Of a stretch of 32,000 nucleotides of DNA, positions 16,645 through 24,958 are shown in pieces. Below the pieces are notes generated by a model, which saw nothing but the letters and a program-made list of their open reading frames with translations, did not search any database and was not told the DNA's origin. Every line of letters starts with the position of its first letter. The stretch's first letter is position 1. The DNA comes from Candidatus Saccharimonadota bacterium (lineage in GTDB: Bacteria; Patescibacteriota; Saccharimonadia; Saccharimonadales; UBA4665): NCBI GenBank assembly GCA_016700375.1, contig CP065016.1, forward strand, positions 750,001 to 782,000, read 5' to 3'. Made by a program: the position numbers and the translations under genes.

Positions 16645-17028
16645 TTATGTGAGCAGTTTTATGGTGAGTTTCGGGAGATGTTTGTAGGCGGCGTATAGGT
16701 TACGGTCAAACGTATAAAACACCTCACAGCCCGCACGGAGAGCTACCGACACCTGTAGCGCGTCCTCAAAATCGCTTTTTTGCACATTATGGTATGCCCA
16801 TTCAAAATCACCAGCCTGGAGCGCCAAAATCTCAAATTCATCCAAAAATACCTGCAACCGGTCTAGCGGGCGCTCGCGGCGGCCAAAATGGAACAGGAGG
16901 TGCCCCGTCAGTGCCGAGACAGATGCCTCGCCGGCCGCCGCATGCAATACTTGGTCAGCTGCTCGTTTGCCGCTTCGTACGAGCACCGTCTCGAGCAACA
17001 CGTTTGCGTCAAAACACACCCGTGACAC
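16645..17028 (-). CDS. vapC: PIN-domain ribonuclease toxin (VapC-like)
   Basis: 127-aa ORF with PIN acidic residues in CFDANVLLE, FEDALQ and TFDRNL. Its ATG overlaps the antitoxin stop (ATGA at 17028). Confidence 0.8.
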   Translation of the reverse strand: MSRVCFDANVLLETVLVRSGKRAADQVLHAAAGEASVSALTGHLLFHFGRRERPLDRLQVFLDEFEILALQAGDFEWAYHNVQKSDFEDALQVSVALRAGCEVFYTFDRNLYAAYKHLPKLTIKLLT

Positions 17029-17291
17029 TACATATACCTACCGTATTTCTCGCCCAGCGACTCTTGGTAAAGGTCTTTGAGCGGTTTAGTAGAGTCAAAG
17101 TACGGTGTACGTGGAGAGCTATCGAGAGCATCGAGGCCTGCCATACGATGTTTTTTCGCCACTTTTTTGGGAGAAGATAAAACAGTTGCAATCTTATCAC
17201 GGTACGTGACCCGAAATACCTCACCCTTTTCCACGCGGCGAAAAATCTCGCCCATGTTTTTTCGTAGTTCAACTGCCGTAATTGTTGTCAT
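17028..17291 (-). CDS. Phd/YefM-type antitoxin
   Basis: 87-aa ORF. The N-terminus MTTITAVELRKNMGEIFRRVEKGEVFRVTYRDKIATVL is typical of Phd/YefM antitoxins. It sits directly upstream of the PIN toxin and is translationally coupled to it. Confidence 0.75.
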   Translation of the reverse strand: MTTITAVELRKNMGEIFRRVEKGEVFRVTYRDKIATVLSSPKKVAKKHRMAGLDALDSSPRTPYFDSTKPLKDLYQESLGEKYGRYM

Positions 17292-17293
17292 AA

Positions 17294-17328
17294 GTTAAAG
17301 TTTAACATGAACTTCAACTTCAAGTCAA
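17294..17328 (-). promoter_or_regulatory. TA promoter TTGACT-18-TAAACT with overlapping palindrome
   Basis: On the minus strand the -35 box is at 17328-17323 and the -10 box at 17304-17299, 7 nt before ATG 17291. The palindrome GTTAAAGTTTAAC (17294-17306) covers the -10 box. Confidence 0.5.
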
Positions 17329-17356
17329 TCCTTGACGCTGAACTCCCTATGTTGGG

Positions 17357-17743
17357 TTAGTTCTTTGCCCAGTGGAGGATGGTGTTGGCCAGGGATTTGT
17401 CGGCAATGGTTAAGCGGATGGTATCGCAGGTGAAGTTGCGGAGTCGGAGCGTGACGACGTGGTCCGCTTCTATCTGCATTTTCTTCCAACGGTAAGTAGG
17501 ACGGCGCAAAAACAGGTAAGATTTGCCAAAGGATTTACTGTAGAACCATCCCGCCGCCAGCACGCCAGGGAATCCGGTGCCAAATCGCATACCAATGTCT
17601 CGCCCGGCCATAACAGCGTGCTCCTGCCAATCGGCGTGTGTGACCGCCAAACGTGGAACGCGCAACCCACGACTGAGTGACCACAACTGCTCAATCCCTT
17701 GAGGTTCAATCACTAGATCTTCAGAATCAAGATAAATGTGCAT
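17357..17743 (-). CDS. Hypothetical protein (possibly a PH-like beta-sandwich)
   Basis: 128-aa ORF whose ATG directly follows the msrB stop (TAAATG). There is no TM segment and no recognised motif. It has an alternating beta-strand pattern, and the fold assignment is a guess. Confidence 0.5.
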   Translation of the reverse strand: MHIYLDSEDLVIEPQGIEQLWSLSRGLRVPRLAVTHADWQEHAVMAGRDIGMRFGTGFPGVLAAGWFYSKSFGKSYLFLRRPTYRWKKMQIEADHVVTLRLRNFTCDTIRLTIADKSLANTILHWAKN

Positions 17744-18145
17744 TTACTTCTCCTTTTTTCCTTGATTAAACGATAACGCACGTGAGTTTATACAGTAGTG
17801 ATTCCCCGACGGGTGGTCATCAACACCAGTAAAAAGATGGCCAAGGTGGCCGCCGCAGTTGGCACACGTCACCTCCGTACGCATCATGCCAAGCGAATTG
17901 TCGGGTGTGAGTACAAGCGCATCGTTATTCGCCGCCTCGGCAAAGCTTGGCCAGCCAACAAGTCCTGGCGTGGTTGATTTGTACTTAGCGTCACTCATAA
18001 ATAATTTTGCCCCGCAGTTTGCGCACGCGTACATGCCGTCGCGCGATTCCTCTAGTAACTCACCACTGCCAGGCACTTCAGTAGCCCTCTCGAAAAGCAC
18101 CCTTTTCTGTTCGTCAGACAGACTTGGATTCACTTGGGATGGCAT
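17744..18145 (-). CDS. msrB: Peptide-methionine (R)-S-oxide reductase
   Basis: 133-aa ORF with two CxxC zinc motifs (CANCGAKLF, CANCGGHLGHLF), GWPSF and the catalytic HYCINS motif. Confidence 0.95.
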   Translation of the reverse strand: MPSQVNPSLSDEQKRVLFERATEVPGSGELLEESRDGMYACANCGAKLFMSDAKYKSTTPGLVGWPSFAEAANNDALVLTPDNSLGMMRTEVTCANCGGHLGHLFTGVDDHPSGNHYCINSRALSFNQGKKEK

Positions 18146-18147
18146 AT

Positions 18148-18537
18148 TTACTTCTTCGCTTTCACTTCTTTCGGCAAATCAAGCTTATCAAGCTTAAACA
18201 GTTTTATCAGAATATATATAGCCAAAAGGACGAACATAAAATTTATAAACACATAGACAAACTTTCCCCATGCAAATGGTTCACCGCCCACATAAGACAC
18301 GCGTTCCTGAAGTTTTGAACCAACAATAATCGTCAGCCACGGGTTTATGAAACTGTCCACCAGCTGTTTTATAAGCCCCTGGGCCTGCTGACCGACTATA
18401 AAGCCGACCGCCAGCCCCACCACAGCTTTTTCGCGCATAAAATGCACAAACCCGCCAACCTGCCGCTTCACAACCTCATCGGGTTCGTCCAGTATGGTCG
18501 CTATTGAGTCTTTGGTACGCCTAGTCTTTTCTTTCAT
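18148..18537 (-). CDS. mscL: Large-conductance mechanosensitive channel
   Basis: ATG 18537 is chosen because GGAG lies 5 nt upstream and the ATG overlaps the NADAR stop (ATGA); ATG 18564 is also open. The core FMREKAVVGLAVGFIVGQQAQGLIKQLVDSFINP matches the MscL TM1 signature. Confidence 0.85.
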   Translation of the reverse strand: MKEKTRRTKDSIATILDEPDEVVKRQVGGFVHFMREKAVVGLAVGFIVGQQAQGLIKQLVDSFINPWLTIIVGSKLQERVSYVGGEPFAWGKFVYVFINFMFVLLAIYILIKLFKLDKLDLPKEVKAKK

Positions 18538-19010
18538 GGTAACTCCTCTCTTGTCTTCATCCATAGTACACCCATCATGTTTTGGCCGTCACCGCGAGGG
18601 CCGCAACCCCAAAAGGTATCGACCGGTGAATTTTCCACAATGTTCCGGCTGCCTGTCTTACGTAAACAATCCCGAACATCTTCATGTTGAGCCGCTTTGG
18701 CGCGCAGCAGTTCTTCCATGACACCCACTCGGCGTTCATGCCAATCCACCGGCATCTTGCCATCGCCAATTGTTTTCTTAAGCTGAATGACCGCCCAGGG
18801 GCTTGGTGCCCGGAGTATCGCGCTGGCAATATCTGGCTCACTCTGCGCAAACTTCCGCCACTGAAATCCATGTTCCACAGTCGGAAACACCTGCCCCCAC
18901 AGCTCCACCGCGTGCGCCGACCAATTACTAAGCGGGTCGAGGGCATGGGTAAAAAAGTACGCGGCGTCTACTGTCTGGTACGTCAGCTGCTGCTCAGGCT
19001 CTGGGTACAT
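18534..19010 (-). CDS. NADAR (YbiA/DUF1768) domain protein
   Basis: 158-aa ORF with the motifs LSNWS, FPTVEHGFQWRKF and ENSPVDTFWGCGPRGDGQNMMG typical of NADAR domains. Its ATG directly follows the argS stop (TAAATG). Confidence 0.8.
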   Translation of the reverse strand: MYPEPEQQLTYQTVDAAYFFTHALDPLSNWSAHAVELWGQVFPTVEHGFQWRKFAQSEPDIASAILRAPSPWAVIQLKKTIGDGKMPVDWHERRVGVMEELLRAKAAQHEDVRDCLRKTGSRNIVENSPVDTFWGCGPRGDGQNMMGVLWMKTREELP

Positions 19011-20699
19011 TTACATCCTCTCTGGGGCATGGATGCCGAGGAGTTCTAGACCTGTTTTCAGCGTATCGGCATAGGTTTCGACCAAACCAAGCCGCAGAGC
19101 CTCTCGGTCGTCGCCAATGACACGGTTTTTTTCGTAAAAACGGTTAAACTCTTGTGCCAGTTCGTACAGATAGGTACAAATGTGGTGTGGCATGAGTTCG
19201 GTGGTAGCTTTTTTAATGACTTCAGGGTATTCAGTGAGTTTGCGCACCAGCAATCGCTCTCCAAGCTGCAGCTCCTTTGGAATTTCGGATTTGGAATTTG
19301 TTTGGTCATTGGTGCTTGGTGTTTGGTGTTTGCCCAGGATACTCCTGGCCCGGGCATGGGCATACTGCAAATACGGGCCGCTATTGCCTTCAAGCGCGAC
19401 CGATTCTTTGGGGTCGAAGATGATATCTCCGCCGATGCGGTTCTTTAGGAACGAGTACTTTATGGCAGCGAGTACAGTTGATACGTTTTCCTGGCCGGTC
19501 GCTTCACGGTTTGCCGCGGCCGCTTCGTCTATGACATCGACCGCTCGCAGGAAGTTACCCTTGCGGCTGCTCATTTTCACCCCGCCCGCTAGCTTCACGT
19601 TGCCATGCGTAATGTGCCGAGTTCGCTGTGCAAGATTGGGTTCAAATTGCTCTATGGCTTTCAATACCACCTTCATGTACTCAACAATGTCGTTGCCCGT
19701 GATGATAACCGAGCTATCAAAATGGTAGTCTTCCCACTTTTTCATGCTGAGGCCAACGTCTTTCGCTTCGTATGTCGGCAACCCCTCACTGTTCACGAAT
19801 ACCCGCGTGTGCAGGCCAAACTTCTCACCGTCGAATATGACCGCTCCGTCCGATTCTGCAAAAACACCCTTTACAAGCTGTTCCTTCACCACCGCCAGCC
19901 CAACGCCAGCTGTTTGGCTTTCTGGGTAGTACCGTTCAAACCCACTGCCAATTTGCTGGTAAAATGCATCGAAATAGTCGTAGCTCCACTGTCGGCACGT
20001 CCAATACACTTGTGCAAATGGCGAGTCGTGGTCACTGTCGCTGTGCAGCTGGTAGACACGCTTGTTCAAGGCAATGATTTCACCCCGGGCGCTCTCATCA
20101 TCTTCGTAGGCGTTCGTCCCGGCCACATAGCAACGTGCCATCCACTCCGAACGCTCTGCCTCTGGAATATCGGCCAGTTTTTCCGGATGCTCCCCGCCAA
20201 GCTCACGCACAATCGCCCACATGGTCTTGCCGACATGCAGTCCCACATCACCGCCAAAGTTCACTCGATGCACTTGCGCCCCGCTTGTCTGCAAAATGTT
20301 CGAGATGGCATCGCCCACTACACTGGTATAAAAGTGCCCCGCGTGCAGCACCTTGAACGGGTTCGGGTCTGAATATTCAGTAACTATCGTTTGCCCCTGT
20401 AGTGGTCGCGCCTGGGGCTGATGTAGGCTTTCTGCTAACACTTGGTCGGTTAGGCGTAGATTCAAAAACCCGGGGCCAGCCACTTCTACGACTGCAAGTC
20501 GTTCATCGCCCCGAAGCTTTTCGGCCAATGCTTCACCAATCTCGCGGGGGTTTTTGCCGACCTGCTTACTCAGCTGCAAAGCAACGTTCGTCGCGTAGTC
20601 GCCATGGTGCGCTTCTGGCCGCGTTAACTCCACAGTCACATCAACCGCAAAAAATTCCTTTACTACGGCCGATACAGTCTGCTCCAACTCGTGTTTCAT
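19011..20699 (-). CDS. argS: Arginine--tRNA ligase
   Basis: The HIGH-type motif (LHAGHFYT), KMSSRKG and the anticodon-binding C-terminus ending in M are present. ATG 20699 is chosen because a TTGAGC-17-TATACT promoter ends 7 nt upstream. The longer frame open to 20771 would run through that promoter. Confidence 0.95.
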   Translation of the reverse strand: MKHELEQTVSAVVKEFFAVDVTVELTRPEAHHGDYATNVALQLSKQVGKNPREIGEALAEKLRGDERLAVVEVAGPGFLNLRLTDQVLAESLHQPQARPLQGQTIVTEYSDPNPFKVLHAGHFYTSVVGDAISNILQTSGAQVHRVNFGGDVGLHVGKTMWAIVRELGGEHPEKLADIPEAERSEWMARCYVAGTNAYEDDESARGEIIALNKRVYQLHSDSDHDSPFAQVYWTCRQWSYDYFDAFYQQIGSGFERYYPESQTAGVGLAVVKEQLVKGVFAESDGAVIFDGEKFGLHTRVFVNSEGLPTYEAKDVGLSMKKWEDYHFDSSVIITGNDIVEYMKVVLKAIEQFEPNLAQRTRHITHGNVKLAGGVKMSSRKGNFLRAVDVIDEAAAANREATGQENVSTVLAAIKYSFLKNRIGGDIIFDPKESVALEGNSGPYLQYAHARARSILGKHQTPSTNDQTNSKSEIPKELQLGERLLVRKLTEYPEVIKKATTELMPHHICTYLYELAQEFNRFYEKNRVIGDDREALRLGLVETYADTLKTGLELLGIHAPERM

Positions 20700-20706
20700 A
20701 CGCTGT

Positions 20707-20735
20707 AGTATAAGGGGTATTGCCCGGTTGCTCAA
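20707..20735 (-). promoter_or_regulatory. argS promoter TTGAGC-17-TATACT, 7 nt before ATG 20699
   Basis: The hexamers were read directly on the minus strand, and the gap contains no SD. Confidence 0.6.
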
Positions 20736-20756
20736 CCTACTGTTCTTCTGTATAGT
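20728..20756 (+). promoter_or_regulatory. manC promoter TTGCTC-17-TATAGT (SD-led transcript)
   Basis: The -35 box is at 20728-20733 and the -10 box at 20751-20756. A leader of about 20 nt carries GGAG before ATG 20783. Confidence 0.55.
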
Positions 20757-20782
20757 CGAGAGCAGCACCAAACGGAGAATAT

Positions 20783-21862
20783 ATGAACAAAGACCATAAC
20801 TATGCTGTTATCGTGGCGGGTGGGTCAGGAACCAGATTGTGGCCAATTAGCCGCAAGGAACTGCCAAAGCAAATGCAAAGCCTCGTCAGTGAACATTCAC
20901 TTCTAGAGGATACCTACGAACGACTTCGAGGTGTCTATGAGGCCGACCATATTTTAGTCTCCACTACCTCTAACTATGTCGAGAAAATAAAATCTCTTCT
21001 TCCTGAAATACCAGCAAACAATTTCGTAGTAGAGCCAGTAGCAAAAGGGCCTGCGCTTGCATTTGCGCTTTTTGCCGAGGTGCTGCACAGACGCGACCCT
21101 GAAGCAATTATTTTTTCTATGGCCTCTGACCACGCCATAGCCGAACCAGATGTATTCCAAGACGTTTTGCGCCAAGCTCACGCATATGTAGCCGCCCATC
21201 CCGAACAAATTGCTTTAATGGGCGTGAAGCCAACCAGGCCAGATATAGGACTAGGGTACATCAAAATTGACTCAGAAGTACAATCTGACCCGAAGGTTTA
21301 CTCTGTTGAAAAGTTTGTCGAAAAACCAAGCTACCCAGTTGCAAAGCGGTATGCACAAAGCAAAGAATTTTTCTGGAATGTCGCCTACTACTGCTTTGCG
21401 GCAAGAACGTTGCTAGAAGCCTACAATGAAGCTAGCGCCGAGAGCGTCGCCGGAGTACGCCAATACTTGGACACCTCAAACGCAAACCACTTCGAAGCAG
21501 CACCAAAAATGTTACACGAAATTGAAGTCATTGATTCGCGAAAATTTCCGCTTGTACTTATACCCGCAGAATTTACCTGGGATGACATAGGCAACTGGAG
21601 CGCTCTGCATGACCTGCTGGCAGATACGAACGGCGACGCAAGTCGCGTTGTCACTCATACACCACACCACATAGACGTTGATAGCCAGGGCTGTATGGTC
21701 CGCTCAGAAAACCCGACAAAACTTATTGCGACAGTGGGACTCGAAGACATAATTGTCGTAGATACGGCCGACTCCCTGCTAGTTATGCACAAGGGCCATA
21801 GCCAAGACATTAAAACGGTTATAGAAGAAATCAAGCAACGCGGTCTTGATAAATACTTGTAG
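20783..21862 (+). CDS. manC: Mannose-1-phosphate guanylyltransferase-like nucleotidyltransferase
   Basis: 359-aa ORF with GGAG 6 nt upstream. It has the AVIVAGGSGTRLWPISRKELPKQ signature and EKP, and lacks a C-terminal cupin/PMI domain. Confidence 0.8.
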   Translation: MNKDHNYAVIVAGGSGTRLWPISRKELPKQMQSLVSEHSLLEDTYERLRGVYEADHILVSTTSNYVEKIKSLLPEIPANNFVVEPVAKGPALAFALFAEVLHRRDPEAIIFSMASDHAIAEPDVFQDVLRQAHAYVAAHPEQIALMGVKPTRPDIGLGYIKIDSEVQSDPKVYSVEKFVEKPSYPVAKRYAQSKEFFWNVAYYCFAARTLLEAYNEASAESVAGVRQYLDTSNANHFEAAPKMLHEIEVIDSRKFPLVLIPAEFTWDDIGNWSALHDLLADTNGDASRVVTHTPHHIDVDSQGCMVRSENPTKLIATVGLEDIIVVDTADSLLVMHKGHSQDIKTVIEEIKQRGLDKYL

Positions 21863-21874
21863 ACAAGGAGTAGC

Positions 21875-23215
21875 GTGGATTATTTTACCCCCGAGGCAAA
21901 AACAAAAGTTACCAGTTCCGATAAACGTATCGTGCATATTGTTCTTATCGCAACCAAACCGGATATTATCAAGCAAGCACCCCTGTACCACGAGCTGCAT
22001 AGCCGAGGTGAGCTGGTTCTTCTGTGTCACACGGGGCAGCACTACGACTTCCGCTACAGTGGCGGCATGATGGAAGAGTTCGGCATAGAGGCTGACATTC
22101 TTCTTGGTATTGAGGGCTCGCTCCATAATAAAATAGCCCAAATGATTGAGCGTTTTGGAGGCGTTATCGAATGGTTACACGCCCAAAACAAGACACCCAT
22201 TCCCTATATACACGGCGACACCAGCACATCGATGGCCATAGGGCTCGGCTCATACATGCACCGGGTTGCGTGTGTTCATGTAGAAGCCGGTATCCGCACC
22301 CTAACGCCAAAAAAAGAAGTGTACGAAAAGTTTTATGCAGACTTTAAAAATGGCAACTTCAACTGGGATGAATACTACGCCGCCATGCAAGTTCGCAAAA
22401 ACTTTGAACAGGGTAGCATGGAGCCCTTTCCCGAGCAGTTCAACACTCGCGTCTCCGAGCCGGCCTCTGGCTATCACGCCGCTGCCGTTGAACTCGACCG
22501 TGAATTTATGCTCGCCGAAGGATTCACCCCAAGTACTATTGAAGTCGTGGGCAACACCGTAGCCGACGCCACGCAAGTGGCCATACGGGATTCAGAAAAA
22601 TCGACCATCTTCGAGAAATATCCGCAGTTGCAAAACGGTCAATTTGTTCGTTTTTGTATACATCGCCGGGAAAATACCCAAGACGAAAAGCGGTTTACCG
22701 TGCTCATTGAAGCCATGGAAAAGCTTGTGAAACAGGGGTCTTCGGTGTTGCTTATATCTCTTTTTGGTACCGAGGAAGCGATTGACAAATTCGGGCTGCG
22801 CGAACGCATCAATGCTCTTGTCACCCAGTACCCTGAAACATTCATTTACTCCGATGTCTGGCCGTACTACCGTGATGTCATTGCCGCTATGCGCAAGTGC
22901 GCCGCTGTAGCAACCGACTCAGGGAGCATGCAAGAAGAAATGAACCTGCTCGGCGTACCCTGCGTAACACTCCGGTTTGGGAGCGACCGCTCAGAATCAA
23001 TTCTAGCGGGCGCAAATGTCCAAGCACCGCCTATTGACAGCGATTTTGTCGTAGAGGTCATTCGGGGAGCCATGAACAACAGTGCTATGGCAAATGTTGG
23101 CAATTTATACGGCGAAAAGGTTTCTAAGAAAATAGTAGACGGAGTACTCGCCCGTGTCGACGACGAGTTTGGCCTTTTCCAAACCGAAGAAGCCCGTATC
23201 AGTTTAGTTTTATAG
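21875..23215 (+). CDS. UDP-N-acetylglucosamine 2-epimerase-like (WecB family) with insertion
   Basis: GTG start with AAGGAG 4 nt upstream. It has the motifs HTGQHYD, HGDTSTSMA, HVEAGIRT and PFPEQFNTR. At 446 aa it is longer than canonical WecB, owing to an insert after HVEAGIRT. Confidence 0.75.
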   Translation: MDYFTPEAKTKVTSSDKRIVHIVLIATKPDIIKQAPLYHELHSRGELVLLCHTGQHYDFRYSGGMMEEFGIEADILLGIEGSLHNKIAQMIERFGGVIEWLHAQNKTPIPYIHGDTSTSMAIGLGSYMHRVACVHVEAGIRTLTPKKEVYEKFYADFKNGNFNWDEYYAAMQVRKNFEQGSMEPFPEQFNTRVSEPASGYHAAAVELDREFMLAEGFTPSTIEVVGNTVADATQVAIRDSEKSTIFEKYPQLQNGQFVRFCIHRRENTQDEKRFTVLIEAMEKLVKQGSSVLLISLFGTEEAIDKFGLRERINALVTQYPETFIYSDVWPYYRDVIAAMRKCAAVATDSGSMQEEMNLLGVPCVTLRFGSDRSESILAGANVQAPPIDSDFVVEVIRGAMNNSAMANVGNLYGEKVSKKIVDGVLARVDDEFGLFQTEEARISLVL

Positions 23216-23221
23216 CGCATA

Positions 23222-24256
23222 CTAAGCGTCAAGGGCTTTCTTGAACGTTTCAATAATATCGATAGGAGCAGGGTTCTCCCCGCTCAACAACGCCGTATAT
23301 ATAGTCACATAATCACCGAGCATGCTCGCCCATAGCACGTGTTGCAGCAAGCTTGTACCCTGCGCTTCAACCAAAAACGACGAAGGTCTGGTTTTAGCCA
23401 ACAGTTCTTCGGCTACCCGAAAGCGCGTGCGAATACGCGGATGCTCATAAGAGCTATGCAAATCTATCACAACATAGGGTTTGTGCTCAGGATGCCGCAA
23501 CCAGCCGACAATTTCATTATGATTAAACTCCGGCAGCAACCCACACCACGCTATTTGTTTCGCATTTTCATTAAATCCAATCTTCCACTTGTACGCAGCT
23601 GGTGCCAGCTTATGCCCTGCGTAAATCACAACCGACTTTCCAAGACATTTTTCAGCAAGCTGTTTCGCAGGGTTGCGCGATGTCGGTACTTCGGGAGCCA
23701 GTTCTTTGGCAGTTTCCACTAGAAAATCAGCAGCCTCGAGCACTTCGCCCATGTCGCCCCAAAATAACTCGGCTGATTGCAGTATCCCCAGTAGTGCTCG
23801 ATAGTTATACCCTACCACAAATCGCGGCTGAACTACTTTTGGTAGCGTTGCAAGTGAATAGCCTCTGGTTTTAGCTAGCTCAGACAATGTACCGCCACTT
23901 GATATAACAGCAATTTGCGCACCCTTTGACTCGGCTTCATACAGCGCCGATATTGTTTCCTCAGTATTACCTGAGTAGCTGGCAATGATTACCAATGTTT
24001 TTTCGCCAATATATGAAGGTAAATTATAGTCACGCACCACCTCAAACGGCACTCGCATAACAGGCCATGTCTGCACCAGCAGTGCTGCCAAGGCCGAACC
24101 GCCCATGCCCGCATAGACAACATTCAAAATGTCACGCGCAGCCAAAAAACGTGGTTCACACGGTACTTCCGTACGCAGCTGCTCAGGAAAACCAGCAACC
24201 TCACCAAGGGTATCAGATGGGTCAAGGCGGTGAATTTTATGTATGTCATCTAGCAT
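23222..24256 (-). CDS. Bifunctional phosphoglucose/phosphomannose isomerase (SIS domain)
   Basis: It has the SIS motif GMGGSALAA and IIASYSGNTEET, with a C-terminal PGI/PMI-type domain. ATG 24256 is preferred, though TTG 24262 is also open. It is convergent with the epimerase across a 6-bp gap. Confidence 0.8.
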   Translation of the reverse strand: MLDDIHKIHRLDPSDTLGEVAGFPEQLRTEVPCEPRFLAARDILNVVYAGMGGSALAALLVQTWPVMRVPFEVVRDYNLPSYIGEKTLVIIASYSGNTEETISALYEAESKGAQIAVISSGGTLSELAKTRGYSLATLPKVVQPRFVVGYNYRALLGILQSAELFWGDMGEVLEAADFLVETAKELAPEVPTSRNPAKQLAEKCLGKSVVIYAGHKLAPAAYKWKIGFNENAKQIAWCGLLPEFNHNEIVGWLRHPEHKPYVVIDLHSSYEHPRIRTRFRVAEELLAKTRPSSFLVEAQGTSLLQHVLWASMLGDYVTIYTALLSGENPAPIDIIETFKKALDA

Positions 24257-24360
24257 TAACAATATCTAGCACATTCTGGTTATGGTTTGCTACAATGTCT
24301 ATTGTAAATTGATAACCGTGAAATGAAAACGGTTTGCCGAAGCAAACAAGGGGGGGCACA

Positions 24361-24897
24361 ATGCTTTTTGGACACCAAGATGATAACGCGACAATGCCGA
24401 GCAGCAACGTCACAGAACCGAACACGCTGCAAGACACCTCGTCTTCGGCCACCAACACTCCTTCCCAGGCAGTGGATGAGCCAGAGGCAAGCCCAACAAC
24501 AACCGTCACCCAGACACCAGGCGCACCCACGTTCGATAACCCACTTGCCGACGAGACCTCGTCGGCGCCAGCCCCCATACAGACGCAAGACTCCTTGGTA
24601 GCCGACCCATCTGCAAACGACAGCGCATCATCCGCGCCAGCAGCATCGGGTGATTTGCTCGACCTAAAGCAACAAGCCCTCGGCCAACTTGCTCCCCTAG
24701 TCGACCACCTCGAGCAAACACCAGAAGAAAAATTCCGAACAACCATGATGATGATTCAAAGCACCGACAATGAAACGCTCCTAAAGGACGCTCTGGAAGC
24801 CGCAAAATCTATCCCTGACGATAAAGCGCGCGCGCAGGCACTACTGGACGTCATAAACGAAATTAACTACTTTACCCAACAAAAGAAATCAGCCTAA
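24361..24897 (+). CDS. Hypothetical acidic protein (disordered S/T/P/D-rich N-half, helical C-half)
   Basis: ATG 24361 is preceded by AAGGGGGGG with 4-nt spacing. There is no TM, signal peptide or sorting motif. The C-terminal ~80 aa look helical (LLDLKQQALGQLAPLVDHLEQ...ALLDVINEINYF). Confidence 0.6.
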   Translation: MLFGHQDDNATMPSSNVTEPNTLQDTSSSATNTPSQAVDEPEASPTTTVTQTPGAPTFDNPLADETSSAPAPIQTQDSLVADPSANDSASSAPAASGDLLDLKQQALGQLAPLVDHLEQTPEEKFRTTMMMIQSTDNETLLKDALEAAKSIPDDKARAQALLDVINEINYFTQQKKSA

Positions 24898-24921
24898 TTT
24901 CGGCGACCTTACGCATCGTAC

Positions 24922-24950
24922 TTGCTACTCGCCCCTCAATACCCGATACT
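24922..24950 (+). promoter_or_regulatory. Sortase promoter TTGCTA-17-GATACT, 8 nt before the ATG
   Basis: The hexamer pair is the same as upstream of dnaG, and there is no SD before ATG 24959. Confidence 0.5.
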
Positions 24951-24958
24951 TACTACAC

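Noticed and set aside
19152-20372. Plus-strand ORFs (98-255 aa) antisense to argS, with similar antisense ORFs inside rpoD, dnaG, the HK gene and the 24361-24897 gene
   Set aside because: They are nested in well-supported genes on the opposite strand and have no recognisable motifs or start signals. They are codon-bias artefacts.
20700-20771. 24-codon N-terminal extension of argS (alternative start at 20771)
   Set aside because: The extension would be translated through the TTGAGC-17-TATACT promoter that ends 7 nt before ATG 20699. MKHELEQ... is a normal ArgS N-terminus.
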